Notes: generated by a model from the letters alone, not told the origin. A stretch of 64,000 bases of DNA from Podospora anserina (GCA_017654855.1 CM030333.1:3534001-3598000), one strand, 5' to 3'; counted from the stretch's first letter, positions 48,814 through 61,664 are shown. Numbers and translations: made by a program.

Positions 48814-51738
48814 ATGCCCGGATCAGAGTCACCAGCTCGGCAAATATCACCCGAAGCCGAAAACATGCAGCCGAGGTCGCCTCCGTCAGGCTCGGGCTCG
48901 GAGCCCGAGAGCGGTAGCCAGCAAGCCGGCACCGCCGACAGACCAAAAACCACCAAACGCCGTGCCGCGAGAGCCTGCGAATCATGCCGGAGACGCAAGG
49001 TTCGCTGTGATGTTGTCACTCAGAGCCCTTGCACCAACTGTCTGTACGAGAAGGTGGAGTGCCTGGTTCCAGAGTGCAGGAGGAAAAGGTACCTTCAAAA
49101 CAAGAAATCACACTTTTCCTGTCCTTCTCCCGTCGTCTTGATCGTCATCAGTGGCTGACGTATCTCTTCTTCACTTTCTTCTCTCTTACAGAAAGCATCA
49201 CTCAAGAGTCTCAGAATCTCTCGGCTCGAGTGTCGGGTCGAGTACCGAGGCTTCGCTCCTGCGGGCCAAGTGCCTCGGCTCAGCCGCGCCAATGGGCTAC
49301 GCTCAGAACGGCCAAAATCTCGACTTCACTTACACTGGCAACCCTCTTTTGAGGCAGCAGCTGTTTTCCCAGGCCGGGAGTGACGCGATACGAAACCAGC
49401 AGTGTAAGTTTTATGCAAGGTCTGATAGGTGCAAGAATAACGACTCTAATTCGCCCTTGGCTTGGCAGATCTGAATCTCTCCTATCAGAACGGTGCAGCC
49501 GGCTTTGGCTCAAATGCTCCTCTCAGGCCGAGGGTGTCTCCCTCGCTGCTGTACCAAAACACCGGCTTCCCACCGCTTCAGCCTGCCATCGAAGTCAGCC
49601 AGCAACTCAAATCGGTCCTCGAGGCTCAGGCACCACCAATAGCACCGGCGGAGCCGCAGCTGCCGGCTTTCATCAAACCGATTCCCAAGGCTGTCTCCCC
49701 CGAGGATCTCGACTACCTCAATGCCAAGAAGGCTCTCACGCTCCCGCATCCTCAGCTACGAGATGCCCTGCTCAAGGCATACGTCGAATATGTGCACCCG
49801 TACATGCCCGTGATGGACGTCCATCCTTTCCTCAATGCGATCAACGACCAGACGGGCCAATCCGGCAAGATCAGCTTGCTGTTATTTCAGGCCGTCATGT
49901 TTGTGGCGACTGCTTTTGTCGATGAGGACTTGTTGAAGGCCGAGGGTTATCAGGACCGGAGGGAGGCGCGGAAGGCCTTCTTCAGCAAGGCGAGGGTGAG
50001 TTTTTTTTTTTTTTTTACGTCTTTCTGTTGGCTTGGGAGGGGAACGTTGGGTAAGCGGGGGATGCTAACCATCTGCTCCCAGGTTCTGTATGACTGCGAT
50101 ACTGAACTCGACCGCCTGCACCTGGTCCAGGCTCTTCTCATGATGACTTACTGGTACGAATCACCAGACGACCAAAAAGACACCTGGCACTGGATGGGCG
50201 TGGCCATCTCACTGGCCCAGACCATCGGTGTGCATCGCAACCCGGTGGCGACGAATTTCCCGCCAGCAAAGAGGGGATTGTGGAAGCGGATCTGGTGGTC
50301 ATGCTACATGCGGGATCGCATGATCGCCCTCGGGATGCGCAGGCCGACCAGGATCAAGGACGACGACTTTGACGTGCCAATGCTGGAGGAGGGCGACTTT
50401 GAAATCGGCAGACTCCGGGAGGACAACCAACTGCTGGGCCCTGACTGCGCTCTGGTCCGCGACGTCGAGATGCAGAGGGAGCTGGCGTTCATGTGCATCG
50501 AGATGGCGAAGCTGTGTCTTCTTGTCAGCGAGATGCTCAGGGCGCAATACTCGATCCTCAGCCGAGGCGGCATGCGGCCGGACGTCACGACAGCGAGCAC
50601 GATGATGCTCCTGCCCAAGAAGGACCAGAACCCGGACGGCTTTGCCATGACTCAGCAGGTCGACGCCATGCTCAACCAGTGGGCTGTCGGCCTGCCGTCC
50701 TGCTGTCAGCGCCAGCCGGTGCCCCTGACCCCCATCGAAGAAGGGCGCAGGCCTGTTGTCCTGCAGCGCCACCTCTTGCATCTCATCTACTACACCACCG
50801 TCTCGGCCCTCCACAGGCCGCAGTTCCTCCGCCCTCAGAGAGCCGAGCCCGTCATCCCGACAAAAGCCCAGCAGTACTCCCAAGAACGGGTGCGTGACGC
50901 ATCAAGGGAGGTGATCAAAATGGTCACCGAACTCCGCCAGCACGGTCTAGAGCGGTGCCTCCCCACCACCGGCGTCACCGTCCTCCTCCCCGCAATGATC
51001 ATCCAACTCCTCGACTCGACCGCCCTCGACGCAGACGACCAGACCAGAGCCCAAGCCGCCCAGGGCTTCAAGGAGCTCCTCGCCGTCATGAGAAACCTAA
51101 AGGAAATCTACGCCGCGGCATCCTACGCCGTCAACTTTATGACCTGTGTTCTCCAGGGACGGGCCTCGCAGCAGCAGGTGCAGAGACCGCAGCAGGCGTT
51201 TCAGAGCGTGTCCACTGCTACTCCTGGTGGTGGGATGAACATGATGCCTTCTTCCATGCCGGAGCGGCCGTCGACGCCGCCGCCGGATGACTCGCAGTTT
51301 ATCAGCTCGGCTATGCAGGGGGTCAATAACCTTTACAATCACCCCCAGCATCAGACGCCCGGGTTTGCGGGGAGTGGGATGGCGGCTGGTGGTGGTGGGG
51401 AGATGGAGGATACTATCATGATGATGGGTGGGCAGACGCCCCCCGGGACGGATTATGACTCTGGGTCGCCTGGGGCGGAGCATGGGGGTAGTGGTCTTGA
51501 TGGTGGCGGGGAGGAGACGTTGAAGCACCACTTTGGGGGGGCTCAGCAGAGCGCGACTAACGGGGCGGGGAATGAGGTGGTGTATAGTGAGTGGTTGGAG
51601 GAGTATCCGGGTGATATTGGGGGGCCGGATGGGGAGTTTTTGGGGATGGGGATGGATATGGGTGGTTCGGGGTTGGGTGTTGTGGGGGAGGAGGCCAATG
51701 CGAGGTATGAGTGGAACTCTATGAGCATGGGTGGTTGA
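48814..51738 (+). CDS. Zn(II)2Cys6 transcription factor, CTF1-beta/FarB-like
   Basis: RAARACESCRRRKVRCDV..PCTNC...ECLV cluster and a Fungal_trans region (LPAFIKP, YVEYVHPYMP, DTWHWMGVAISLA, LWKRIWWSCYMRDR). Introns about 49089-49191, 49403-49469 and 49996-50082. Confidence 0.9.
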
Positions 51739-53486
51739 AGAAGAATATGTGATGGGGGAGGCGACAGAAGGAGAGAGGGAGAAGAAAAGCATTACGATAT
51801 ACCCTCGGGGGGTGTTGAAATCGCAAGGAAAGGAAAAAGAACGGAAGGGAATGGCATGGAAAGGACATGGGCAAGGGCGTTTTTTGGGATGTGGGTTGAA
51901 ATAGGCATTTGGGATTGATTGGGTTATATAGGAAATTCTTTGGAAAGCGATTTGACGGGTTACATCTTGAAGATAGAGGAGGAGGAAGTTTGGAAAGAAG
52001 TAGAATCGGATGAGAATGACGACGACTAAGACTGGACCAATTGGTTCGGAGAGTTGAGAAAATATTATTAATTTTGATGATGACCCTTTGGTTGCCCGCC
52101 CTGTGTGATGATTGTGAATGGCTTCGAGACATGTGAGAGGACTCCGGAGACAGACTGAGACAGTCCACCACACAACTCCGGCGAAGAGTGGATGTTGATG
52201 ATTCAAAACTCAACATCGTTCCCTTATGAAGAGAGGTTTGGTGGAGATTTTCCCACGTCATTTTTTGTGAGTGTGCGCTTCGGCCTCGTGTCGTTGGAAA
52301 GCGAATGAGTGTGGATCAGTCAGTGGCTTGTGCATCCCCTGCCGTGGGCGTTGCTGGGAAGATGAATGACGGGAATTAGTGCGGTTCGGGAGTGTTGCTA
52401 TCTACTTCAGGGCGAGAGGATGCTGGCGACGTGTTAAGGGTGTCTCATCACCAACCTTGTCGGTCTCATGTCCGTTTGGGCCTAGCCCGGACGCCCCGGC
52501 TGCTACCCGAAATCACATCCCCAGAAGAAGGCGACTTTGGGGAGGTCCAAGATGGAGATCTGGGTGGGTTGTGTTACCAACCGCCAATTAAATGAGGCCG
52601 GGGTTCCTCGAAATACACTGAAACTGCCCTGCTCTGTTACTTTCCACTTTGTCGTCTCTTTCTCTCCCTTCCTTTCGGTGTGTGCGCTCACCGGTCTAAT
52701 CATCAGTCGCTCTTTTTACCTGAACTGTGTTCGTTGTTCTACTGTCGCTCCCTTTGTCTACCCGTATCGCTTTTGCCCAACATCGCATTACTCTACCTGA
52801 ATAACCCAATTGCCAATTGGGTCTCAAGTTCTGCGACCTCAGCCCTGACGTGTTGCGGTTTCATCGAATCTACCCTCTTTATTGGAGGACGCGCTGCCTG
52901 GCTCTGCTCTTGACACCACCCACTCGGATTAGGCTTTGGGCGGAATCGCATACGGCGTCTCGCCTTCTTTTTTGACAAGTCGCCCTAACCCAAGGTTTTG
53001 CGCCTGGCGGACAACGCACTGAGCGGGCTTTCTACAATCTGCACGTGCCCGCCACCAAGATTTCCTGTTTGTTCTGGGCCTTCTAGTTGGATCGGGGCCT
53101 TCTTTTGCTTGTTCTTCCTTGTTCGTGTCGCCCTTTCAGCGAATCATTTGACTGCCTGTGGGCACCTGCAACGGAACGCAAGGCGCAGCACGAAGAGCGA
53201 ATCACAGCGGTCAAGCTTTCCCAAGCTTCCGGAGCTTCAGCAGCCGCCAAAAACGCCCTACCTCTTCCTCCACCCTTTGTAAACTATGGGACGCTCCGAG
53301 CAGAGGAAATCATACAACGTCTCGCCAGGCTCATAGAAGGGCCATTATGTCGCGCGGCGACCTGCCCCGAGATCACCACTGAACGAACATACAAGAAGAA
53401 AACGAAGAAGAAGAAGAAGAAGCTCGACCGACACCACGACAGACCGACGACAACTACACCGACGACGACGAAGAAGAACAACACCA

Positions 53487-53488
<2 letters not shown>

Positions 53489-53521
<33 letters not shown>
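53489..53521 (+). repeat. (CAG)11 microsatellite ending 2 nt before the GAR-gene ATG
   Basis: Direct reading; GAA and GAC runs lie just upstream (53394-53478). Confidence 0.95.
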
Positions 53522-53523
<2 letters not shown>

Positions 53524-56500
53524 ATGGATGACCCACCGCCCATGACGGCTGCTCACCACCACTACGCAGCACCGCGGGGACGCCAGCTCGGCACAATTCC
53601 AGAACACCACGCGACGACCGCCGGCGGACCAGGGACAACCGACGATTTGCTTCTGAACCTGACACCACGAGCTGCCGTCGAAGCTTTCCAGAACCCCTCG
53701 GGTTCCCTCAAAACATCCATCGATGCCGCGACACCCTTCGAACAGGCCTTTGCCATGCGGGCCGCCATTGCCTCGAGCAACATTGCGGATTGGCTCGAAG
53801 ACCTTTCCAGCTGGCCATGGCCCAAGGGAGGAGGTTCTGCCGGATTTGAGATGCCAATGGCAAAGAGGAGGAGAGTTTCCAATGGAATTGACCGGGCGGA
53901 CGAAGACGACCAGATGTACATTGGCAGCCTCGAGGTCTCTCAGGTGGTCCGGTACGAGAAGCGCATTGACGAGATCAACCAGGGTCTGGAGAAGCTCGAC
54001 ATTGAGGAGATCAAGACGCAGGTGCTACACAACCACATCATGCCGCTCTCTAGACCGGGGACCCCGTTGTTGGACTCGGGCCGTTCCGTCTCATCTGCCC
54101 TCTCCACCTTGGCAAGGATGGACGATCTCACGGCGCTGCTCACGGCCACCCTCATGCAAGCGCTGCCGAATATCTCCAAGCTCACCAGGTTGCTGAACAT
54201 CTGGACATTTCGCCTGCTTGTTTTGCGCAGGATTCCCGTCTTTTTGAAGTCGCTTGCTGATGCCGAAGTGGCGCTTCAGTCTGGGTGGCACGCGATTGGT
54301 GTCAAGTCTACGAAGACGGATGCTGCTGATACTGCCAGCTCGAACGGACCCCCCTCGGGCCCTAATGGAGTCACGGTTCTTTCCCAGAAGGAGCACGAAG
54401 TGATGAAGACGGTGCTCGAGCGCAAGGTCGCCAGAACCGGCCGGGACTTGGATGCCATGCTGGACCTGCTTGAAGGGCAGCTGGACACACTTCCTGAGGA
54501 ATGGATTGACCGGGTGGACTCGTTGGAGCATGAGTATGGCGAGTGGACTGTTGCATGCGAGCAGAAGATTAGAGAAGCTGAGCTGGCAGAGCTTGCGCGG
54601 ACGACACCTGAGCCAAAGACTCGGCGGGTCGCTTCTGGAGACAAGAGTCCCATTCCTCCCCCAACGCCAGAGAGCAAGGCGGCCACAGACATTGCTGAGC
54701 CGGTGGTTGTTGAGGGGGAAGGGAACAGCATCTCTGAAGAGTTCAACACTTCTGCCTCATCACGGCGAGAGTATTTCCCTTTGTTCGGTATGCCAGAAGA
54801 ACCAACAAAATCAGAGCCGCGCTCACAAGACGGCATCAACAACGCGCCACAGGACCTCAGCAAGCGACTGGGCCTGCCCATCAAATTTGACCGACCTGAT
54901 TGGCCAGCCATCAAGGTCCACGAACCAGCCGAGGAATACGACACCAACCCCATCCGTTCAAGTCTCGACGGGACCCGGAAATGGTCTCGGTTTGACGGAA
55001 ATGGTCACCTGGTATCTTTTGATGGTCTCGAGGAAGAGAAGAAGAAGGATTCCACTGGCTTGGCTGGTTCCTCTTCTGAGGAGGACCGTGTTTCGGACGC
55101 GCTCGACGGTACGAGCGGACTAGACACGACAGGGACCCCGTCGTACCGCTCCGAGGACGAGTACGAACTGACGGATGGCTCGGATGACTTTGTGCCGCAG
55201 CCGGATCTGCCGGTATTGCCCCGTTCCAGGAGAGCAAGCGATTCCGGAACGGTGGTCCATGAGGCCAGCTTGGCTAGGTTCATGGATTTCTCGAGCGACA
55301 GCCTCGACCAAGGCACCCCTGAGCGCCCTCGGCGGCGCGACGTTGATCTTGCCAGAAGCCCCGCCGAGAGTTACCGATCACCGAGCTCTCCACCAGCTCT
55401 TAACCGCGTGGCTAATAGATCCATGTCGGTTAGCTTCAACGAGGAGCCCATGATCCGACATCTGCCCAGCATCTCGAGCTCCCCCAAGACGCCAAACTAT
55501 AACCAGTCCTCGTTGTATGATGATGAGATTCCAACACAGCCCAATACCCCCGACAAGGCCAACGGCCCAGATGAGAAGCTTCAGCAGCAGATTAGCGACA
55601 TTCTTCAATCGGTCCCAGCTAAGATCCGGTTGACCTCAGTACTGCCGCCGATCAACCTCAACCCACCCGACTTCAAGATGCCTACGGCACGCAAGAAGAT
55701 GTCCAATCCTAACCTCAAACGCAGTGTTTCCAACATGTCCCTGAGATCCAACGGCTCGCGAGCTGGCACCCCTTCTTTCACTCTTGCACCCGCTCTTGGC
55801 CGCACTCCACGGCAACGGCCCAAGCCCGGCAACCCGGAAATCAAACTCTACCACCTGTCCCGTTCTAACGGCGAAGCACCCATCAAGCTCTTCATAAGAT
55901 GTGTCGGCGAGCGCGGAGAGCGCGTCATGGTCCGAGTAGGCGGTGGCTGGGCAGATTTGGGCGAATACCTCAAAGAATATGCCAGCCATCACGGCCGACG
56001 ATCCGCCGTGGCCGAGGCAAGCAAGGTGGAAGTGAAGGACGTTCCCAGATCTGCTACCGCCATGGCCATGCACGCCGACGGCACCCTCGGGTCGACACCT
56101 CCCAGCAGACCAGCATCTTCCCACAGACCGATGTCCTCCCACGCGACCAGGAATGACGACTCACTGGGTCAACTCAAGGTGCGCAAGGTGAGAAGATCCA
56201 GCGCAGCTGTCGGGAGTGAGACGCCACTGGCAACGGTGACGGGGCCAGGCAATCGCAGCAACACGCCTTCGACTGGTGGATCGAGGTCGAGTTCTAGGTT
56301 GAGCTGGCCTCAGGCTGGGGAGAAGGATAAGGAGGAGGAGGTTGTGCTTGGGATGGCGGGGCCGAGGGCGAAGCAGATTGAGATGAGCGAGGAGAGCAAG
56401 CAGTGGGTTGAGAGCGTGAAGCAGAAGGTTAGGCTTGCCAGTGGTGAGAAGATGTTGCCTGCTTATCCCTCTGGGGCGCCGGATTTGGAGAGCAGGTTTG

Positions 56501-56559
56501 GGGAGCTGGGGAAGGTTGGGGCGACGAAGAGGCTGTTTAGGAAGCCGGGTGGGCTTTGA
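53524..56559 (+). CDS. GAS2/GAR-domain (microtubule-binding) protein
   Basis: Intronless, 1011 aa; GAR signature PIKLFIRCVGE.GERVMVRVGGGWADLGEYL. Confidence 0.88.
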   Translation: MDDPPPMTAAHHHYAAPRGRQLGTIPEHHATTAGGPGTTDDLLLNLTPRAAVEAFQNPSGSLKTSIDAATPFEQAFAMRAAIASSNIADWLEDLSSWPWPKGGGSAGFEMPMAKRRRVSNGIDRADEDDQMYIGSLEVSQVVRYEKRIDEINQGLEKLDIEEIKTQVLHNHIMPLSRPGTPLLDSGRSVSSALSTLARMDDLTALLTATLMQALPNISKLTRLLNIWTFRLLVLRRIPVFLKSLADAEVALQSGWHAIGVKSTKTDAADTASSNGPPSGPNGVTVLSQKEHEVMKTVLERKVARTGRDLDAMLDLLEGQLDTLPEEWIDRVDSLEHEYGEWTVACEQKIREAELAELARTTPEPKTRRVASGDKSPIPPPTPESKAATDIAEPVVVEGEGNSISEEFNTSASSRREYFPLFGMPEEPTKSEPRSQDGINNAPQDLSKRLGLPIKFDRPDWPAIKVHEPAEEYDTNPIRSSLDGTRKWSRFDGNGHLVSFDGLEEEKKKDSTGLAGSSSEEDRVSDALDGTSGLDTTGTPSYRSEDEYELTDGSDDFVPQPDLPVLPRSRRASDSGTVVHEASLARFMDFSSDSLDQGTPERPRRRDVDLARSPAESYRSPSSPPALNRVANRSMSVSFNEEPMIRHLPSISSSPKTPNYNQSSLYDDEIPTQPNTPDKANGPDEKLQQQISDILQSVPAKIRLTSVLPPINLNPPDFKMPTARKKMSNPNLKRSVSNMSLRSNGSRAGTPSFTLAPALGRTPRQRPKPGNPEIKLYHLSRSNGEAPIKLFIRCVGERGERVMVRVGGGWADLGEYLKEYASHHGRRSAVAEASKVEVKDVPRSATAMAMHADGTLGSTPPSRPASSHRPMSSHATRNDDSLGQLKVRKVRRSSAAVGSETPLATVTGPGNRSNTPSTGGSRSSSRLSWPQAGEKDKEEEVVLGMAGPRAKQIEMSEESKQWVESVKQKVRLASGEKMLPAYPSGAPDLESRFGELGKVGATKRLFRKPGGL

Positions 56560-57760
56560 AATATCTTTAAAGGATAATGCGAAGGGGGGGAAAGGAAGGC
56601 GTACTAGTATAAGTCGCCGGGTTGCTGGTTTATGGATAACTATTGTCATGGATTGGGGGTTGCATCATATGGTATGATGGAGTGGAGTCAAGAAACGGGC
56701 ACCAGGAAAGGGGGGGGGGGTGGCATCATACGATGATGGACATGGTGTTTTTTATTGAATGATGGATGGATGGATATAAAGGGAGGGAGGGGGTTCACGA
56801 CACGACTACGAAAAACAACAGCATTTGCGGCGGTGGATGGAAGGGGTTTCAGACTCTGGAATGAGCCATGGGCTCTCTCACCCACACACCCACACCCGTG
56901 GAGGAGTTGTTTGTGTCTGCTGATTTATCTCTTTTCCCTTTGTTTTAATTTCCTTGCCTGTCGGGTTTTATCATTCTTGCATTGTTTTGCATAAAGGTCT
57001 ATTTTTTTTCTTTTAGGTTGCTATCAATACCCTGTTTCCTTTTCGGTTTTTTATTTTTGGACATGCATTTGGCTCATGGAGCATTGCTGGTGCTATAGGA
57101 TGGGGTGGGCAGTTGTGATTACACTTTTAGGCCTGTTAGACCTGGGCATTTTTTGAGAAAAGGGAGGATAAGAGATTGTTAGGTTAGGTTAGGTTGACTT
57201 AATTGACAATGAGAGTATTAAAACTACCTTGCGTGATGTGTTGATCTTTGCAATGTAAATGTTTGTGATTACATGTGATGAGAGGAGAACCCAACCCCCC
57301 ACGCGATCATCATATCGCTCTACAAACTCGCGATAGCTGCTGGATTTTATTTACTGGTCCCTTTAACCCAACTCTGGAAGCATCGTTCACTTTTCCCAAA
57401 ACCTTTCTAACTGCTCATGTCAACCAACCATACACTACTTTCGGCAGTGATATTATGCGTCTAGAGGTGAGTGAGGTGAGGTGAGGTGATATTGGGGGCA
57501 CTCTCCCGATAATACGGTCGGATCAGTTTGCGGCTCGTGCAGAAAGCCACCCCCCGCTTGTCAATTGCTGCTTGCCGATATCGTCATCTGCTGCTGACCG
57601 CTCCGCTATCGATAACAGGGTCTAAGCTACTTATGACGGTGCGGGGAAGCGGAGAGACCTGCCAGCAGGATGGAGGGGCCCCCAGTTGTTGTTATATGTG
57701 ATAGCTAATTGTCCCCATATAGAGGGTGCTTGAACTGGCGAGAAGGGTCGCTATATGTAC

Positions 57761-57935
57761 TTCTAGAATCTACCTTTCTCATCCTATCGTTTAAAAAGCA
57801 AGGCTGGTGTGGCTGATGTTGATTGCGCTGGCTGGTTGGCCTGGCTGCTTGTGGAGCGGGCAGGCACTGCGTATGAGCTGCGTCACTGGTCTTGAGCGCA
57901 TTCTCGGAAGCCGATAGGCTCACCATCGAATGTTC
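57761..57935. promoter_or_regulatory. Heat-shock-element-like sites upstream of the Hsp40 gene
   Basis: TTCtaGAA (57761-57768) and GAAtgTTC (57928-57935) inverted nGAAn pairs; each has only two perfect units. Confidence 0.45.
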
Positions 57936-58551
57936 TACAACCTCCTGCCCACATCCTGCCCACGTCGCAGCCACTCCGGCCAGGTGCACACCACAGCTTC
58001 CCTCCCCGCCAAGGCATTTCCTTACTTACTGGCCTTTGTCCTTCCCGGTTTTTCTGTGCCTTCTCTCCTCCCTAAGTTTCTTTGTGATAGCCTCATTGAA
58101 CGTTTGTTTGACCCAGTGAAGGATTTTTGGCTTCTTCCTTGTAACATAATCCATTTCGACCTCGACGGAACTGCTTCGCAAAGAAAGAAAGACCCGTCCG
58201 CTTCTTTGTTGACCACGCGAGATCAACCAACTTCCCCCCCCCCTCGACGAGTGTTACAGCTCATCCATTCTAGCTGCAACTAGCGACCCGTGCAGCGAGC
58301 GAACCAGCAGTCTAGCCTTTTCACCCACTTTCACCCACTCTATTTACTCCATTCAGCTGCAAGCAAGAAAGCATTTCCTGCAACCCAACTCATCAGGAGT
58401 CTCTTCCCTTTTGCGCCAGTACCTATTTCCCCGACCAACCCCCCGTTCCCCCCCAAACCTACATCTCTTTCCCGCAACAACAAACATCACCATCGTCACT
58501 CCATCTTGCCAACCGATATAACCGCACCGACAACCACATAAATCACCAAAA

Positions 58552-59994
58552 ATGGTCAAAGAGACTAAACTCTACGACCTCCTGGGTATATCCCCCACCG
58601 CAAATGCAGACGAGATTAAGAAGGCCTACCGGTGAGCTTCCCTCCTCACACCGCTTCCCTGCTCCTCCCCCCCCACCTTTTGCCACAGTTTCAAGTCGTG
58701 AAGGCAGCTACCCGCACGGATGGGCTCAGAAGTTGCTTCTGACACTCATTGAGAGTGCGGATGTCTGCTTCTGCTGCCGCTGTCGTTCTACCTTCTTTGT
58801 TGTCTCGTGGCGTTTGCTCGTCTGCCTTGACGAAACACGAAACAGTTGTGGCCCATGCCCACGCAGCCGGTCTATACTTTGGTAAATGATATAAGCTGAC
58901 ACCCCCTCGCAGGAAAGCCGCTCTAAAATGGCACCCCGACAAGAACAAGGACAACCCGGACGCTGCCGAGCGCTTCAAGGAGTGTGGCCAGGCCTACGAA
59001 ATCCTCTCTGACCCAGAAAAGCGAAAGCTCTACGACCAGTTCGGCCTCGAGGTGCTTTTGCGGGGTGGTGCCCCGCCTCCGGATGCTGGACCTGGACCAG
59101 GCCCGAACCCATTTGCTGGAGCCGGCGCTGGCGGTATGCCCGAGGGCTTTGCTTCCTTCTTTTCGAACGCAGCTGGCGGCGGCGGCGGCGGTGGCGGCAC
59201 GCGCTTCTCGTACGGCTTCAACTTTAGCGATCCGAACGACCTCTTCCGGAACACCTTCCGCGAGAGCAGTGGTGGCGGCGATCCGTTTGAGGATATTCTG
59301 TTTGGTGCTACGAGGGGTGCTTCTGCTGGCAGGTCACGCGGGCCTAGGGGGTCTTTTGGATCTGAAAGCATGAGGGCCAGGCAGCCGACGCCAGAGGTGA
59401 CCACGGTGGAGAGGCCGCTGCCGCTTTCGTTGGAGGATCTCTTCAATGGCGTGACCAAGAAGATGAAGATTAAGCGCAAGACTTTTGATGAGACTGGGAA
59501 GCGGATAACGACGGATACGGTGCTGGAGGTGCCCATCAAGCCTGGTCTCAAGAAGGGGAGCAAGATTAGGTTTAAGGGTGTCGGTGATCAGGAGGAGGGT
59601 GGGCAGCAGGATTTGGTGTTTATTGTTGAGGAGGTAAGTCGAGCACCGTTTACGAGACTGTCAGAACAAGGATGAATATTTGCTAACATGTCGTGCACAG
59701 AAACCCCATCCGCTTTTTGCGCGTGAGGGCGACGACATCGTTCACACGATCGACCTGGATCTCAAGGAAGCCTTGACGGGCTGGAAGCGGCAAGTGACGA
59801 CGATTGAGGGCAAGAACCTCAACATTGACAAGGCCGGCCCGACGCAACCCGGCAGCTCGGATACCTACCCCGGACTGGGTATGCCAATCTCGAAGAAGCC
59901 CGGCCAGCGCGGCAACTTTATCGTTAGATATAACGTCAAGTTTCCCATGACGTTGACGCCAACGCAAAAGGCAAAGTTGAAGGAGATTTTGTGA
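58552..59994 (+). CDS. SIS1: Class II Hsp40/DnaJ co-chaperone (Sis1/Psi1 type)
   Basis: [12 protein letters not shown]...[18 protein letters not shown]-rich region and C-terminal domain. Introns 58632-58912 and about 59634-59700. Confidence 0.95.
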
Positions 59995-61664
59995 TTTTGA
60001 CACACAAAAAGCAAATCTCTGAGACTGGCTCTTTGGGGATTCACACCACATCTCGGTCAACAGCACATATGATCATTACATCATGATATGGGGCGTTTGG
60101 GTGATTTTTTTTTCGAGTCAAGTGTGTCTTGTTTTATGTCTTGTGTGTTTTTATTTTTTCATGGCTTTCACACGAGCAAACCAATTTGGCATTTGTATGT
60201 ACAGGAAGGCTGGTTGGTTGGTGGTGGTGTTGTTGGTGGGGGTGGTGGTCAAGGAGAGAGCAAATTGATATCATGGGGAGGTTTTAGGTTGGGCGTGGTG
60301 GATACATACATTGAATCAGTGTGGATAAGGAGAAGAAGAAGGGGAGGAGGATAATAGGTACATATTCTTTGCTCGTGGTGGAGAGGGGAATAATACAGTG
60401 TTATCAAGTCTGTCCTTGCTAGATATGCTGCTGTTGGGTGTGTAGGATGGGTGCGGCGTTTTTGGAATTTAAAACGTTGTGCCAGGCCGGCAAAGCGGCG
60501 GTGTTTAACCTGCAGAGGCGTTAATATATTTTGCAGTGTTCCAAGAGTTTCAGGATCTGGTAACCGGTGATCCCGGTGAGATAGACTCCAATGGGCCGGT
60601 GGTTTGTTTACACGTGTAAGTTGACGTGATATTGGTCATTGGGGTTGGCATTGGGTGATGGATTAGGTAAAGAGCCGGGGAGGCATGAGGTGAGCGAGAT
60701 AGTGGGATCTGGGAAGGGGAATTGGGATTGGGAACCCTGAATATTCTGAATATCTTCCGCGATTTGCTCAAGAGGCATCCACGTACCGGAGGATGTGAGA
60801 TGTGTGTGGTGTGGGTGGTGGGGGGGTGGGTTGGTCTTGGTGAGGGGCTTGGTGAGATCCGAGCAGGACCCTTCCAAGAACCTCCCTCCTCACCTGTGAA
60901 GCTCTCAGTTCTTGTGGTAGAATTTTATTTGAAAAGACATAGCAATTGAGTTCAGCATCATCAATCATGGCTTTCTTTTCTTATGACAGCTATTTACAAT
61001 CCCCATCAACCACCAGATCGGAATTTACACCCCCAGGGTGAAGATACCCCCAAATTTAGCGCACCCATGATATCTTGGCCGAGAGAAAAGGTCCCCTGTT
61101 TCGGCCCAATTTTTCAGGGATGAACCGGTCTGGGCAAGGGCCACTATGACGACATGATCGACAGAGGGGTAGGGTGGTTCAACCGTAACGGCCCGCGAAT
61201 TGAACTCTGCCCCTCGTTTGTTGGTTTCAATTGAATTGGTTTTGATTCCGCTTCCAAAATGCGAGAGGGGAAGACCGCGTGCTGCTATTCCAAGAGGGGG
61301 GCCAAGGATCGGGTGGAAAGGGGTCCAACTGAGCGGAATACCTAGATTCTGGGAAATAAAAAGAACACGTGCTTTCCCCCTCGGGAGGTTTTCCGCCTCT
61401 TCTTCTTCATCTTTCTCGAAAGTCAAATTGGAAAGTAGAGGGAGATAAGCTTCTTCCAGCCAGCCAAGTGTACCTGCCATCTACGTCTTTTAACTTGTTG
61501 CCCGTCCTGTGGATTATTAGACTCTCTGTCTGATAAGCTCTCGGCCGAATCTTTCCCGATCAAACAACAACCCCAATCACTCTCAGACGAACCCTCTCTG
61601 TCCACTCTGAATAACCTCACTTTTTTCCCCCGCTCCAACCACTACCACCCAAACAACCATCAAA

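Noticed and set aside
52077-52158. C/D-box snoRNA-like arrangement (ATGATGA...GTGATGA...CTGA)
   Set aside because: No terminal stem, a poor D' box and no rRNA-complementary guide I could recognise; it lies in a TGA-rich 3' flank.
51097-52206. Long antisense ORFs over real genes (also 7802-8593 and 27609-28481)
   Set aside because: Explained by the codon bias and GC skew of the sense genes.
61025-61480. 151-aa minus-strand ORF or ncRNA upstream of the HAD gene
   Set aside because: No recognisable protein motif or snRNA/RNase P/SRP signature; cannot be supported without data.
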